NCBI GenBank assembly: GCA_020057405.1
Contig: JAGVFW010000011.1
Location: forward strand, 13,111 to 77,110
Reading direction: 5' to 3'
Length of the DNA: 64,000 nt
From: an archaeon
Lineage (GTDB): Archaea > Micrarchaeota > Micrarchaeia > Norongarragalinales > UBA97
The position numbers were made by a program, and so were the translations under genes. The notes beneath the pieces were generated by a model. That model did not search any database. It was not told the DNA's origin and saw nothing but the letters and a program-made list of their open reading frames with translations. Shown here one piece after another: positions 27,723 to 36,032 of this stretch (the stretch's first letter is position 1; each line of letters opens with the position of its first letter).

Positions 27723-28094
27723 ATGGGCGACTTAAAGCTGGGCAAGTATGTCATGATTGACGACCACCCCTGCCGCATCGTGAGCATGGACAAGAGCAAG
27801 CCCGGAAAGCACGGCGCGGCCAAACTCAGCGTAGTGGCAATCAGCCTGTTTGACAACTCCAAGCGGTCGCTAATGAAGTCAACCGACGCCGACTGTGAAG
27901 TCCCGATTGTGGAACGAAGGCGCGCCCAAGTAATCAGCGTCGCTGGCGACAGCGCGCAGCTGATGGACCTTGAGACTTACGAGACGTTCGAAATCAGCGT
28001 CGATGCGGAAATACGCACGCAGCTTGAGGCAGGCAAGGAAATCCAGTACATGGATGTCATGGGCCGCCGCACGCTCGAGCGCGTCTACGAGTAA
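27723..28094 (+). CDS. eif5a: translation initiation factor 5A (aIF-5A)
   Basis: Hypusine loop SKPGKHGAAK; start placed at the internal Met (MGDLKLGKYVMIDDHPCRIV) matching family length. Confidence 0.85.
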   Translation: MGDLKLGKYVMIDDHPCRIVSMDKSKPGKHGAAKLSVVAISLFDNSKRSLMKSTDADCEVPIVERRRAQVISVAGDSAQLMDLETYETFEISVDAEIRTQLEAGKEIQYMDVMGRRTLERVYE

Positions 28095-28135
28095 AAAGAC
28101 TGTATTTAAATGCGCGTTGCGAAAGAACTGCGTAT

Positions 28136-29173
28136 ATGCGCAAGCTTTCCTTTTTGCTGGCATTCGCTTTGGCAGCGGCAGCATCGTTTGCCGCTGCAGC
28201 CGACTACAACGTCACGCAAAGCGGCACGTTTTTGCTCACCGTCGACGACTCGCTTTACATGGGCAACCTGCAGGTAAAGGTCCTCGACTCTGCCCCGCCT
28301 GACGCGATTGCCGTCGCAGTCTTTACCGGCGGGCTCAAGCAATTTGGCTTTACGCGAATCGGCCGCGGGCAATACCTTGACCTGCCGCCCTATTCCATCC
28401 AGTTCCAAGAGTTCAACTTGTTTAACGGCACCAACTACGCGAATGTTAGCGTCTACATCGCGCCGACGCCAACCCCGGCGCCCACGGCAACGCCGGAACC
28501 TACTGGCGATGGAAGCGCGGTAACCCCAGAGCCGACACCCTCTGACGGCAGTGGCACAAGCGGCGTGACTGAACAGCCGCTTGAGGACGACAATGGATAT
28601 CCGGTGGGCGCCCTGACTGCCGAACAGGCGGCGCAGTCGCCCAACTGCGAGGGCGCGAGTGCGTTAAACGCGATTGCGGCAATAAGTCCCCAAAGCGTAG
28701 CGCAGGGCGACCGGGTCAACGCGCTTTTGCAGGACGCGGCTGCTGACTCAAACTCGATTGCGAATGCGACGCTTCGGGTAATCTACCCGTCGGGCAAGGA
28801 ATTTGAAATCAAGACCGACACCCTCGGCCTCACAAGCTTCATCGCGGTTGAGAAAGGCAGGTACACTATTTTGCCGGGCGGGTGCTTCCAGCTTCCGCAA
28901 ACCCAGGTTTACGCATATCCTGACGCCGTGCCGGGGCTTGCAAAACAGGCCATTCCCGCACCGGCACTCGAGTTCTTCATCGACAATTATTTCGCTATTC
29001 TGGCAATCATCGTCGCGATTCTCCTCCTCACCGTCGCGTGGTTCACTTACGACTTTATTAACGAGAACACGTCCCTAGATGAAGCGCTGGAGAAGTTCGA
29101 AAACTGGCTTGAAACGCAGGTGGCGGCCCTCAAGATACAGCTCTTTGGCGGCAAGCAAGAAAAGAAGAAGTGA
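28136..29173 (+). CDS. surface protein: signal peptide, Pro/Thr/Glu linker, C-terminal TM anchor
   Basis: MRKLSFLLAFALAAAASFAAAADY signal; APTPTPAPTATPEPTGDGSAVTPEPTP linker; FAILAIIVAILLLTVAWF anchor near the C-terminus. Confidence 0.5.
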   Translation: MRKLSFLLAFALAAAASFAAAADYNVTQSGTFLLTVDDSLYMGNLQVKVLDSAPPDAIAVAVFTGGLKQFGFTRIGRGQYLDLPPYSIQFQEFNLFNGTNYANVSVYIAPTPTPAPTATPEPTGDGSAVTPEPTPSDGSGTSGVTEQPLEDDNGYPVGALTAEQAAQSPNCEGASALNAIAAISPQSVAQGDRVNALLQDAAADSNSIANATLRVIYPSGKEFEIKTDTLGLTSFIAVEKGRYTILPGGCFQLPQTQVYAYPDAVPGLAKQAIPAPALEFFIDNYFAILAIIVAILLLTVAWFTYDFINENTSLDEALEKFENWLETQVAALKIQLFGGKQEKKK

Positions 29174-29179
29174 GCAAAC

Positions 29180-30658
29180 ATGGCCTCTACGATGATGGCG
29201 CAACGCGAGTTTGACCTCGATAAGCGCAAGAACTTTTCCGAATGGTACAACACCATAATCTACGCCTCGGGGCTAATCGACGGCCGCTACAACGTGGCGG
29301 GCTTTGTAGTGCACAAGCCCCTCGCAACTCGCCTCATGCGCGGCATTTACGCGCTCCTTGAGCCGGAGCTTGAGGCAGACGGCCACGAGCCCGTCGCGTT
29401 CCCCACAGTCATTCCGAAAGAGAATTTCGAAATCGAGAAAGAGCACGTGGCAGGTTTTGTGCCCCAAGTCTTTTGGGTCACCAAAGGCGGAGGCGAAGAG
29501 TTCGCCAGGCCGCTCGCTCTTAGGCCGACAAGCGAGACTGCATTCTATCAAATGTTTGCCCTCTGGATAAAAGCGCACTCGGACTTGCCGATGAAGTTCT
29601 ACCAAAGCTGCACGGTCTTCCGCTATGAGCACGAGACGCTCCCGTTCATCCGCGGCAGGGAATTCCACTGGATTGAGACGCACGATGCTTTTGCAACCGC
29701 AAAAGAGGCGCTTGGCCAGACGGCAACTGACAACGAGATTTTTTCCCGCGTGCTCTTCGACCATCTTGGCGTGCCGGTGACCGTATTCAAGCGTCCCCAG
29801 TGGGACAAGTTCCCGGGCGGGGAAGAGACTTTCGCCTACGACGTGCTCATGCCAGACGGGAAAATGCTACAGTGCGGAAGCACCCACTACTTGGGCCAGA
29901 ATTTCACTAAAGCGTTCGGAGTCAAGTTCACTAAAGCCGACGGCGGCGAGGAATTCCCCTTCAGCACGTGCTTCGGCCCCGGAGTGTGGCGCATCGTCGC
30001 CGCGGTTGCAAGCGTGCACGGCGACAACAAGGGCCTCATCCTGCCGTTTTCCGTTGCGCCCGTGCAGGTGGCGGTAGTGCCGATTGCAAAAGGCGAGAAC
30101 GCCGAGGCGGTCGTAAAGGAGTGCCGCAAGATTGCCGCCGGCCTCAAGAAGGACGGCATCAGGGTTGTGTGCGATGATTCGGATAAGTCGCCTGGCTTCA
30201 AGTACAACTACTGGGAAATGCGGGGTGTACCCCTGCGCGTTGAAATCGGCGGCCGCGAGCTCGAGGCTGGCACCGCGACCGTCGTTCGCCGCGACACGCG
30301 CGAAAAGAAGGTCGTGCCGCTTGCCAAACTCGCCGACGAACTGCGAAAGGAAGGCAGTGCGATGCTTGCGACGCTGAAGGACGCCGCTGAAGCCGACTTG
30401 AAGGCGCACGTTACTGAAGCCAAGACGAAAGAGGAAGTCAAGAATGTCCTCGAGTCCAAGGGCGGTTTCGTGCGCACTCACTTCTGCTCGACCGCAAGGG
30501 ATGGCGAGGCGTGCGCAAAGGAACTCCAGGCATTCACTATCGGCGGCAAAGTGCGCGGCACGCTAGTCAACAAGGAAGAAAAGCCCGCGGCGGGCGCCAA
30601 ATGCGTGGTGTGCGGCCACTCGGCAAAGACAGTCGTTTACGTTGCAAAACAGTACTAG
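29180..30658 (+). CDS. proS: prolyl-tRNA synthetase, archaeal/eukaryotic type
   Basis: Class II motifs 2/3 (FRYE...R, GRE), C-terminal zinc-binding CVVCGH and terminal Tyr typical of archaeal ProRS. Confidence 0.9.
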   Translation: MASTMMAQREFDLDKRKNFSEWYNTIIYASGLIDGRYNVAGFVVHKPLATRLMRGIYALLEPELEADGHEPVAFPTVIPKENFEIEKEHVAGFVPQVFWVTKGGGEEFARPLALRPTSETAFYQMFALWIKAHSDLPMKFYQSCTVFRYEHETLPFIRGREFHWIETHDAFATAKEALGQTATDNEIFSRVLFDHLGVPVTVFKRPQWDKFPGGEETFAYDVLMPDGKMLQCGSTHYLGQNFTKAFGVKFTKADGGEEFPFSTCFGPGVWRIVAAVASVHGDNKGLILPFSVAPVQVAVVPIAKGENAEAVVKECRKIAAGLKKDGIRVVCDDSDKSPGFKYNYWEMRGVPLRVEIGGRELEAGTATVVRRDTREKKVVPLAKLADELRKEGSAMLATLKDAAEADLKAHVTEAKTKEEVKNVLESKGGFVRTHFCSTARDGEACAKELQAFTIGGKVRGTLVNKEEKPAAGAKCVVCGHSAKTVVYVAKQY

Positions 30659-30667
30659 CTGAATTCA

Positions 30668-31465
30668 ATGACAACGCTGGCTAAAATCGCAAGCTGGGAA
30701 AGCACCTCCAACCGCATGACTGCGCTTGCCAGGCGACTCAGAAACACGAGTTTAAACAATCACGCAAGCTTCGTTTACCGTCTAACCGACAGCCAACGGC
30801 CGGTCAGGATAAAAATAAAAAATTTCGGAAAAACGAAGGCGGGACCAAGCGACGAAGAAAGCAGGGAACTGATTTTGGATGCCATTTCCTTTCGCGTGCA
30901 TCGGCCGAAAGGCGCGCGAGGCTACGGCATCACGCCCCACTTCATTGACAAGAAAGGCATTTCAGCACTTCACCTCGGCTATCACGACATGCACCAGGCT
31001 AGCTTTTACACCGGAGGCGAGCACGATGTTGAAAACCCGAAGCCGGAAAACCACATTCCAATCGAACCTGTGAAAAAAGGGCTTGCGAAAATAGCCGAAA
31101 TGATTGGCAACTACAAGAAAGCCACCTGGCTTTCTGGCCTTAGCAGAAAAGCAATTGACGAACTGGTTAGAGCGGCCAAGAAGGACGGCGGCCATGACGT
31201 TACGGTAATACGATTTGCAGTGCATGACAGGGAGCACGGAAACCTCAACGCCCGCGAGTACTGGCCATACAACCCAAGCGAAGCCGAGCTAAGGCAAAGC
31301 GAGGACGAGCTAAGGCGAGAGCTAGTCGAGAGAATGCCTCTAAAAATACGAGAAGCGTATGAAAAAGAAGATGCCGAACTCTCGATTTTTAAGAGCAAGT
31401 CCGGCAGGGAAACAACGCTTTACGCAATCGTAAAGACGAAAGTCTTGCCCGAAGAGCACACTTAG
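30668..31465 (+). CDS. hypothetical protein (265 aa)
   Basis: ORF with coding composition directly after proS. Confidence 0.4.
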   Translation: MTTLAKIASWESTSNRMTALARRLRNTSLNNHASFVYRLTDSQRPVRIKIKNFGKTKAGPSDEESRELILDAISFRVHRPKGARGYGITPHFIDKKGISALHLGYHDMHQASFYTGGEHDVENPKPENHIPIEPVKKGLAKIAEMIGNYKKATWLSGLSRKAIDELVRAAKKDGGHDVTVIRFAVHDREHGNLNAREYWPYNPSEAELRQSEDELRRELVERMPLKIREAYEKEDAELSIFKSKSGRETTLYAIVKTKVLPEEHT

Positions 31466-31656
31466 GCCGCGATGGCCTTGGGCACTCGCCCGTTCATGAT
31501 GCACAACTCGCCTGCGAGCTTGTTTAACTCCTCGCCGCTTTTCATGATGTCAAGAGTGCGCACGAAGTTCTTGTTCGCAGTAAAGTCTCCGCTAATCTTT
31601 TCAGGATAGCGTTGCACTATTTGCTTGGCAAGCACGCGTAAATGTCGTCCTTTCAT
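31462..31656 (-). CDS. rps17e: ribosomal protein S17e (small archaeal form)
   Basis: LAKQIVQRYPEKISGDFTANKNFVRTL...ELNKLAGEL parallels the S17e pattern (KYPNEFT.DF..NK..V..L); start taken at the internal Met. Confidence 0.6.
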   Translation of the reverse strand: MKGRHLRVLAKQIVQRYPEKISGDFTANKNFVRTLDIMKSGEELNKLAGELCIMNGRVPKAIAA

Positions 31657-31903
31657 CTCAAACCACCTTCGCTCCATAATCTAACATAATAGCCCCGGGC
31701 AGATTTTCGTAGGGAAAAATGCGAAATCCTCCCCTGCTTCGAACTGCCGATCTCCTGGTTCAAAGCCAGACGTCCTTAGCCCCCCTTTCGGGGTTTGGCC
31801 GCTAGACGACGGGGCTACCTAACTACTGTGCTGCAGGCGAATTATTAACCCTCGCGCTTGGCCGAGGCGAATCATTATTACGGCGATTGCGGTAAATTCC
31901 TCC

Positions 31904-32401
31904 ATGATAGACTTCCTCAAGCTCGCCCTCTCGGTAAAGGCCGACGAGACGCAGGCTTACACTACTGCTTTTCTCCCCCCCTTCGTGCTCTTTGCGGTAA
32001 TGCTGCTTTTGTTCCTCGGCCTCACCCTCGAAGGCATTGCGATTGCAGTGCTATCCGGCATCGTGATGGGCGGCCTTGCCGTCGTCGGCCTGTGGTTTTT
32101 CACCGAAGCGCAGATTGACGGCGTGCTTTCCGTCCTAGACTACTCGCCTGCAGTCAAGGTAAGGAGCGAAAGCGGGGTTGAAAAAGCACTCGCGCGCGTC
32201 ACCCGCGTTTTTGCGCAAAAGAACCTGACGCAAGTGCCCCTAAGCCTAAGCGAGTACGCCTACTACTCCCCTAAGCCATTCGTCGCCGTACTGGTTAAGC
32301 CCGCTGGCAGTGGCAGCGAGGCCGCAATCGCGTTTGACACGGAAAACCCCGAAGCCAGGGCGATTGCGCAACTCTTGGCATCGAGCCTACGAATCAAATA
32401 A
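31904..32401 (+). CDS. hypothetical membrane protein (165 aa)
   Basis: Two predicted TM helices. Confidence 0.4.
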   Translation: MIDFLKLALSVKADETQAYTTAFLPPFVLFAVMLLLFLGLTLEGIAIAVLSGIVMGGLAVVGLWFFTEAQIDGVLSVLDYSPAVKVRSESGVEKALARVTRVFAQKNLTQVPLSLSEYAYYSPKPFVAVLVKPAGSGSEAAIAFDTENPEARAIAQLLASSLRIK

Positions 32402-32410
32402 AAAAGCGCG

Positions 32411-32433
32411 CCACCTAGTACTTACACAGGTGG
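32411..32433 (+). promoter_or_regulatory. inverted repeat CCACCT-N11-AGGTGG immediately upstream of hsp20
   Basis: Palindrome overlapping the AGGTGG element 5 nt before the ATG. Confidence 0.3.
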
Positions 32434-32438
32434 TTGAC

Positions 32439-32951
32439 ATGGCAAGCAAGAAACGCCGTAGCTTCTTTGACTCTTTTTTCGACGACTTTCCGGACTTTGG
32501 GGAAATTGACAAGATGTTTGACGCGATGATGCGCGACGCGGGCCGCATCAAGACCGAGCCAGGAAAGCCATTAGTCTACGGCTTTAGCATGCACGTCGGC
32601 CCAGACGGCAAGCCTCACGTCGAGCAGTTCGGCAACGTCGAAGTGCCAAAGGGCAAGATGAAGGACGAGCGCGAGCCGCTTGTCGACGTCATTGACGCGG
32701 AAAAGGAAGTCACAGTCGTTGCGGAACTGCCTGGAGTGACGAAAGAGGAAGTGCACCTGCGCTTTGCAGGCGGCACCCTAGTGATTGACGTCAAAGACCC
32801 GGAGCGAAGGTACTACAAGGAAGTCGCCCTGCCTGCGCAAGTCGACGAGGACAGCGTGAAGGCAACTCTCAAAAACGGCATCCTTGAAGTCAAGATGGCC
32901 AAGAAAAGGGCGGCCAAGGCGCAAGCCAAGGCAATCAAGGTCGAAGGCTAG
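32439..32951 (+). CDS. hsp20: small heat-shock protein Hsp20 (alpha-crystallin domain)
   Basis: VIDAEKEVTVVAELPGVTKEEVHLRFAGGTLVIDV...ATLKNGILEV ACD signature; start at the internal Met 32439. Confidence 0.85.
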   Translation: MASKKRRSFFDSFFDDFPDFGEIDKMFDAMMRDAGRIKTEPGKPLVYGFSMHVGPDGKPHVEQFGNVEVPKGKMKDEREPLVDVIDAEKEVTVVAELPGVTKEEVHLRFAGGTLVIDVKDPERRYYKEVALPAQVDEDSVKATLKNGILEVKMAKKRAAKAQAKAIKVEG

Positions 32952-33600
32952 GGGACGCCACTTTTTTCTTTCCAGCAGGCGCCAGCATCTTCCTCACTTG
33001 CTCGTCGGTCAGTTGCGGAAATTTTTCGTAGAACTGCCCGACTGCGTGGAAGAAAGGCGGCTCGAGCAAGACGTGCACTTCGTCAGCGTGCTTTCGCAGG
33101 AACTCGACCGCGGCGGGGGGCGCAACAGGCGTTGCCACAACGATTTTAGCGGGTTTTTTCAAGCGGATGAACTTTATTGCAGCTACGGCGGTGCTTCCGG
33201 TTGCGACGCCATCATCAACAACGATTACAATCTTTCCCGCAAGGCTCGCCAACCGCTTTTTTCCAACCAGCTCAGTGCGGCGCGTAGCAAGTGAAGCCTC
33301 AACCAGCCTGGCCTGCTGCGCGAACACGGCCGTCTCAAGGCCCGTCAGCTCGAGGTCGGGGTTAATCACTTTGGCGCCGCCGTGGCTCACCGCACCAACG
33401 GCGACCTCCGCGTTGGCCGGGTACGGCACTTTTTTGGCAACAACGAAGTCAAGAGGCGCGTTAAGTTCCCGCGCAACCACTGCGGCAACCTCAACCCCGC
33501 CGCGTGGAATGCCAAGCACGATTGCACCACGGCCACGGTAGCCGACAAGCCTGCTTGCAAGCAGCTTGCCTGCGGAAAAACGGTCAATAAAGCGGCTCAT
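32935..33600 (-). CDS. type I phosphoribosyltransferase
   Basis: PRPP-binding motif IVIVVDDGVATGST. Confidence 0.75.
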   Translation of the reverse strand: MSRFIDRFSAGKLLASRLVGYRGRGAIVLGIPRGGVEVAAVVARELNAPLDFVVAKKVPYPANAEVAVGAVSHGGAKVINPDLELTGLETAVFAQQARLVEASLATRRTELVGKKRLASLAGKIVIVVDDGVATGSTAVAAIKFIRLKKPAKIVVATPVAPPAAVEFLRKHADEVHVLLEPPFFHAVGQFYEKFPQLTDEQVRKMLAPAGKKKVASPSLRP

Positions 33601-33948
33601 AAGGCAGTATTTGGCGGTTGCGGGCTTTAAACACTAGAGCCAACACACCCAAGGGGTATGGCCCCCGCTTCAAAAGCCCCCCCTTCGGCCGCCTGAGAGC
33701 GGCTTGCAGGCCCGAATATATCGAAAAACGGTCCGGCCGGCCAAACCAGAGCCAATTATACTGCTTCGGTATTGATTTTGAGGTCTCTAGTGTGGCCGCT
33801 AGGGGTAAAGAAAAACCGGCTCGCGGGTGCCTTAGGGGGGCGGCAAGCCGGCAAGCCACCGTTGGCCAAGGAACGACCGCTCGGGGGCAGTAGCAACTAT
33901 GCAAAGTGAATTGAATGGTCTTCGGATTGGCTCGAATGAAAAAAAAGA

Positions 33949-34144
33949 GTGCCCGAGAGGACACGCGAGCCACCTGCCAAATTAGGTTAGGAACTGGTGA
34001 GTTGAATGAATTTCGTTAGTGCGTCAAAAAAAGAAAAAGTGCTCGAAAGGACGAGAGAGTCACCCACCAAATACAATTGGGGAGAACTCGAATATATTTC
34101 TTGTGCCGGTGTGCTCGAGAGGGTAAGAGGGTCACCCACCAAGT
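33949..34144 (+). repeat. three degenerate direct copies of a ~34-nt motif (GTGCYCGARAGG...GAG.CACCYRCCAARY), periods 90 and 72 nt
   Basis: Copies at 33949-33982, 34039-34072 and 34111-34144, ~75-80% pairwise identity; the third lies inside the tRNA-like gene. Confidence 0.6.
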
Positions 34145-34189
34145 GACTGCGCGCAGGCGCAGTGTGGGGTTCAAATCCCCACCGCCGGC
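34105..34189 (+). ncRNA. aberrant type-II tRNA-like gene (long variable arm; anticodon loop CCACCAA), possibly a pseudo-tRNA
   Basis: Acceptor GCCGGTG/CGCCGGC, U8, D-arm, stem-loop GTCAC-CCACCAA-GTGAC, 17-nt variable arm (TGCGC-GCAG-GCGCA), T-arm TGGGG-TTCAAAT-CCCCA; but one extra nt lies between the T-stem and acceptor, and the loop has C33/A34. Confidence 0.35.
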
Positions 34190-34222
34190 AAACGACCCTC
34201 AAGTAAACCAGAGGTGGTTGAC

Positions 34223-34342
34223 ATGAAAGTTGACGTAAGCAAGTTGAGTTTTGGAAGCCTGAACAAGGCCTTCACCGAGATGGATGAAGGCAACCTGGCG
34301 TTCTCCCGCAAGGGCGAGCGCGTGTTCGTCGAAGTGTGCTAG
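34223..34342 (+). CDS. small ORF (39 aa) sharing the exact 14-nt start context of hsp20
   Basis: MKVDVSKLSFGSLNKAFTEMDEGNLAFSRKGERVFVEVC, preceded by AGGTGGTTGAC, identical to 32428-32438. Confidence 0.3.
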   Translation: MKVDVSKLSFGSLNKAFTEMDEGNLAFSRKGERVFVEVC

Positions 34343-34354
34343 GAAAAAAGAGGA

Positions 34355-34573
34355 ATGAGAACAATGGACACGATGGACTACGCTGAGGCTGACGCGAATG
34401 CGCAGCGGCGGCCCCAGTTTTTCATCAAGCAGAACGGCGAAGTCATCGGGGCGGCCTGGCTTAAGGAAAGCCAGTCTGGGAAGTACCTTAGCGTGGCGGT
34501 CAACAAGGACATCCACGCGGGGTCAAAAGTGTTTCTTTCCCCAAGGAAGGGATTCGAGGGGGTTTTCGGGTAA
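34355..34573 (+). CDS. hypothetical small protein (72 aa)
   Basis: ORF downstream of the 39-aa ORF. Confidence 0.35.
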   Translation: MRTMDTMDYAEADANAQRRPQFFIKQNGEVIGAAWLKESQSGKYLSVAVNKDIHAGSKVFLSPRKGFEGVFG

Positions 34574-34686
34574 TAGAGGCATTAGGGGCAGTAGGCGCAA
34601 CAAGCCAATCAGGCACCGCGCCGCCCCCATTCCTCCACCCATCCGAAAGCTTTTAAGTCAATTATAACAAATTATAATAGATAGAG

Positions 34687-34896
34687 ATGGTGCAAGTGTT
34701 CAAAGCGAAAGTCAGGCCCATTGGCTCCTCTGCAGGAATCATCATTCCGCAGGAGGTTCTGCTTGCGGAGAAACTAGCTCCGGGCGAGGAAGCGGAGTTC
34801 GCAGTAATCCACCGAAATTTTGCCCTACTCGACAATCTCATGGGCACAATGAAAGGCGCAAAGCCGTTTGTGCGCGATCGGCGCGACAGAATTTAG
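34687..34896 (+). CDS. vapB: AbrB/SpoVT-fold antitoxin (VapB-like)
   Basis: KVRPIGSSAGIIIPQEVL swapped-hairpin motif; directly precedes a PIN gene. Confidence 0.8.
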   Translation: MVQVFKAKVRPIGSSAGIIIPQEVLLAEKLAPGEEAEFAVIHRNFALLDNLMGTMKGAKPFVRDRRDRI

Positions 34897-34904
34897 GTGG
34901 TTTC

Positions 34905-35279
34905 GTGCTCCTAGACACCTGGGCCTGGATAGAACTCTTTCAACGAACTCCCAAAGGCCTCGCTGTGCGAAGTAGGATGAAAAAAGACGAAGTGCTTACC
35001 TCTGCACTTAGCCTTGCCGAAATAGCCCACTGGTGCAATCGGAACGGAAAGGAAGCCAGCCCATACCTACAAGCAATGAGGCAATCATCAATAATCTTGT
35101 CTGTCAGCGATGAGCTAGCAGAGAAAGCCGGCTTAAACCTCGCGGGCTTTAGGCAAACGTCGCCAGGAATTGGCATGGTCGACGCAATAATACACGCTAC
35201 TGCCGAATCAGTCAGCAATCTTTTACTCACCGGCGACCCGCATTTTCGTAACCTGCCCGGCGTCGAATTCATCGAATGA
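34905..35279 (+). CDS. vapC: PIN-domain toxin VapC
   Basis: GTG start 8 nt after the vapB stop; LLDTWAWIE, DAIIHATA and LLTGDPHF acidic-residue motifs. Confidence 0.85.
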   Translation: MLLDTWAWIELFQRTPKGLAVRSRMKKDEVLTSALSLAEIAHWCNRNGKEASPYLQAMRQSSIILSVSDELAEKAGLNLAGFRQTSPGIGMVDAIIHATAESVSNLLLTGDPHFRNLPGVEFIE

Positions 35280-35351
35280 TTTACCCTAAAGCGAGTAACT
35301 ACGCGTTTTCGGCTAGGGGGGTTAAATGCCTTTAGCGGCTGCAAGTGCGTC

Positions 35352-35975
35352 ATGGACTTGATTCGCGAGTTTGCCAAAGGCAGGCCCGTGCTGGTTTTTG
35401 ACTCAAGCGACCGCGAGGCCGAAGTGGATTTCATGCTTGCGGCCGGGGCAGTCACGCCGAAGCTTCTTGCGCAGATGCGGGAGGATGCCGGCGGGCTCAT
35501 TTGCGTCGCAATCGGCGAAAAACCCGCAAAAGCGCTCAAGCTGCCTTTTGCTGCAGACTTGCTTAGAAAGAACGGACAGCGGGGACTTGGTCGCGAGAAG
35601 ATGCCTTACGGCGGGCAAAGCGCTTTTTCGCTTACCGTAAACCACAGGGAGACGTTTACGGGCATTCCCGATGCGGACAGGGCGCTTTCCATCACGGCGT
35701 TGGCCAAATTGGCGGCACGCCCCTCGCGCGCGGCGTTTGAGAAGCAGTTCTACGCTCCCGGACACGTGCAGTTGCTCATTGGCAGGGGCCTGAAGCAACG
35801 CCAGGGCCACACTGAACTGTCCTTGGAACTCTGCAAGCGGGCGGGGTTGCCTGAGGCGGCGGTTGTTTGCGAGATGCTTGACTCTAAAACTGGCCGGGCG
35901 CTAACGCCCGCCAAGGCGAAAGCCTATGCCCTGCGGCATGGATTGGCGTTTGCCGAGGGCAAGCAACTTATTTAA
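35352..35975 (+). CDS. ribB: 3,4-dihydroxy-2-butanone 4-phosphate synthase
   Basis: VLVFDSSDREAEVDFMLAAG...GGLICVAI matches the DHBP synthase active-site region. Confidence 0.75.
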   Translation: MDLIREFAKGRPVLVFDSSDREAEVDFMLAAGAVTPKLLAQMREDAGGLICVAIGEKPAKALKLPFAADLLRKNGQRGLGREKMPYGGQSAFSLTVNHRETFTGIPDADRALSITALAKLAARPSRAAFEKQFYAPGHVQLLIGRGLKQRQGHTELSLELCKRAGLPEAAVVCEMLDSKTGRALTPAKAKAYALRHGLAFAEGKQLI

Positions 35976-36032
35976 AGCATCCAGCGCCTAATCCCGTCTG
36001 CTTCACAGCAACCGCATAGAGGGATTTGGCAA

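Noticed and set aside
31700-31820. tRNA-like T-arm (CCTGG-TTCAAAG-CCAG) and a GC hairpin (CCCCCCTTTCGGGG) in the spacer after rps17e
   Set aside because: I could not assemble a complete cloverleaf on either strand, even allowing an intron; no matching acceptor or anticodon arm. It may be a terminator-like hairpin plus a chance T-loop match.
33720-33830. Possible RNase P P4-like pairing (GGTCCGG ... AACCGGCTC) or SRP RNA
   Set aside because: The two CCGG strands are only ~85 nt apart, far too close for an RNase P RNA, and helix-8-type SRP motifs are absent. I kept it only as part of the unresolved ncRNA locus.
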